This document shows, in pieces, positions 31,902 to 32,000 of a stretch of DNA of 32,000 nt (position 1 is its first letter; the number at the start of each line of letters is the position of its first letter). Location of the stretch: positions 20,891-52,890 of the forward strand of contig CAWCHZ010000001.1 of the NCBI GenBank assembly GCA_963795555.1, read 5' to 3'. Below the pieces are notes generated by a model. It was not told the origin of the DNA, searched no databases, and saw nothing but the letters and a program-made list of their open reading frames with translations. A program made the position numbers and the translations under genes. Source of the DNA: an uncultured Solirubrobacterales bacterium. GTDB lineage: Bacteria; Actinomycetota; Thermoleophilia; Solirubrobacterales; Solirubrobacteraceae.

Positions 31902-32000
31902 CTAGTCGAGCAGCTCGAGCACCCGCTCGATCGGCCGCGCCAGCACGGCCCGGTCGCCGCGCTCGACGATCGGTCGCTGGAGCAGCTCGGGGTGCTCGGC
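31902..32000 (-). CDS. arsC: ArsC/Spx-family (arsenate reductase-like) protein, 3' end only; the gene continues beyond the window
   Basis: My manual minus-strand translation gives [32 protein letters not shown], which matches the conserved C-terminus of the ArsC family (..LIERPIV..G..A.IGRP.E.VLE.L). It is not in the ORF track because only 32 codons are visible. Confidence 0.6.
   Translation of the reverse strand, partial: AEHPELLQRPIVERGDRAVLARPIERVLELLD

Overview
The window is very GC-rich (GC not computed) and looks like chromosomal DNA from a high-GC Gram-positive lineage, probably Actinomycetota; the Thermoleophilia-like guess is weak. All calls come from reading the supplied translations and the DNA by eye; no searches were run. 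I support about 27 coding regions.

(1) nt 1-4268 (+): a 5'-truncated large membrane protein with LamG domains, TM helices and an inferred transglutaminase-like Cys-His-Asp core. It is followed by a 160-aa unknown protein, a 76-aa Pro/Thr-repeat ORF and a small alpha/beta-barrel-like protein.

(2) nt 4339-12977: assorted regulators and accessory genes. These are YjbR, DUF2277, an ArsR-SRPBCC fusion divergent from a StyA-like flavin monooxygenase, MarR, a tandem HD-GYP/LuxR regulator with a perfect 39-bp in-frame tandem repeat, an MFS exporter, DedA and a flavin reductase.

(3) nt 13028-20876 (-): an oxidative pentose-phosphate operon (tal-pgi fusion, zwf, opcA, pgl) with a glutamate decarboxylase gene attached directly behind pgl.

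(4) nt 21031-30632 (+): the most unusual block. Two paralogous RHH/PIN (vapBC-like) modules bracket four genes: an ECF-type sigma factor, a single-polypeptide sigma/zinc-anti-sigma/TM fusion, a 938-aa secreted Cys-rich multi-Ig-like protein, and a 990-aa S8 subtilase that carries the same Ig-like module.

(5) nt 30748-32000: an HNH-type lipoprotein and an arsC (partial)-GNAT pair.

I saw no tRNA, rRNA, CRISPR array, transposase or integrase.
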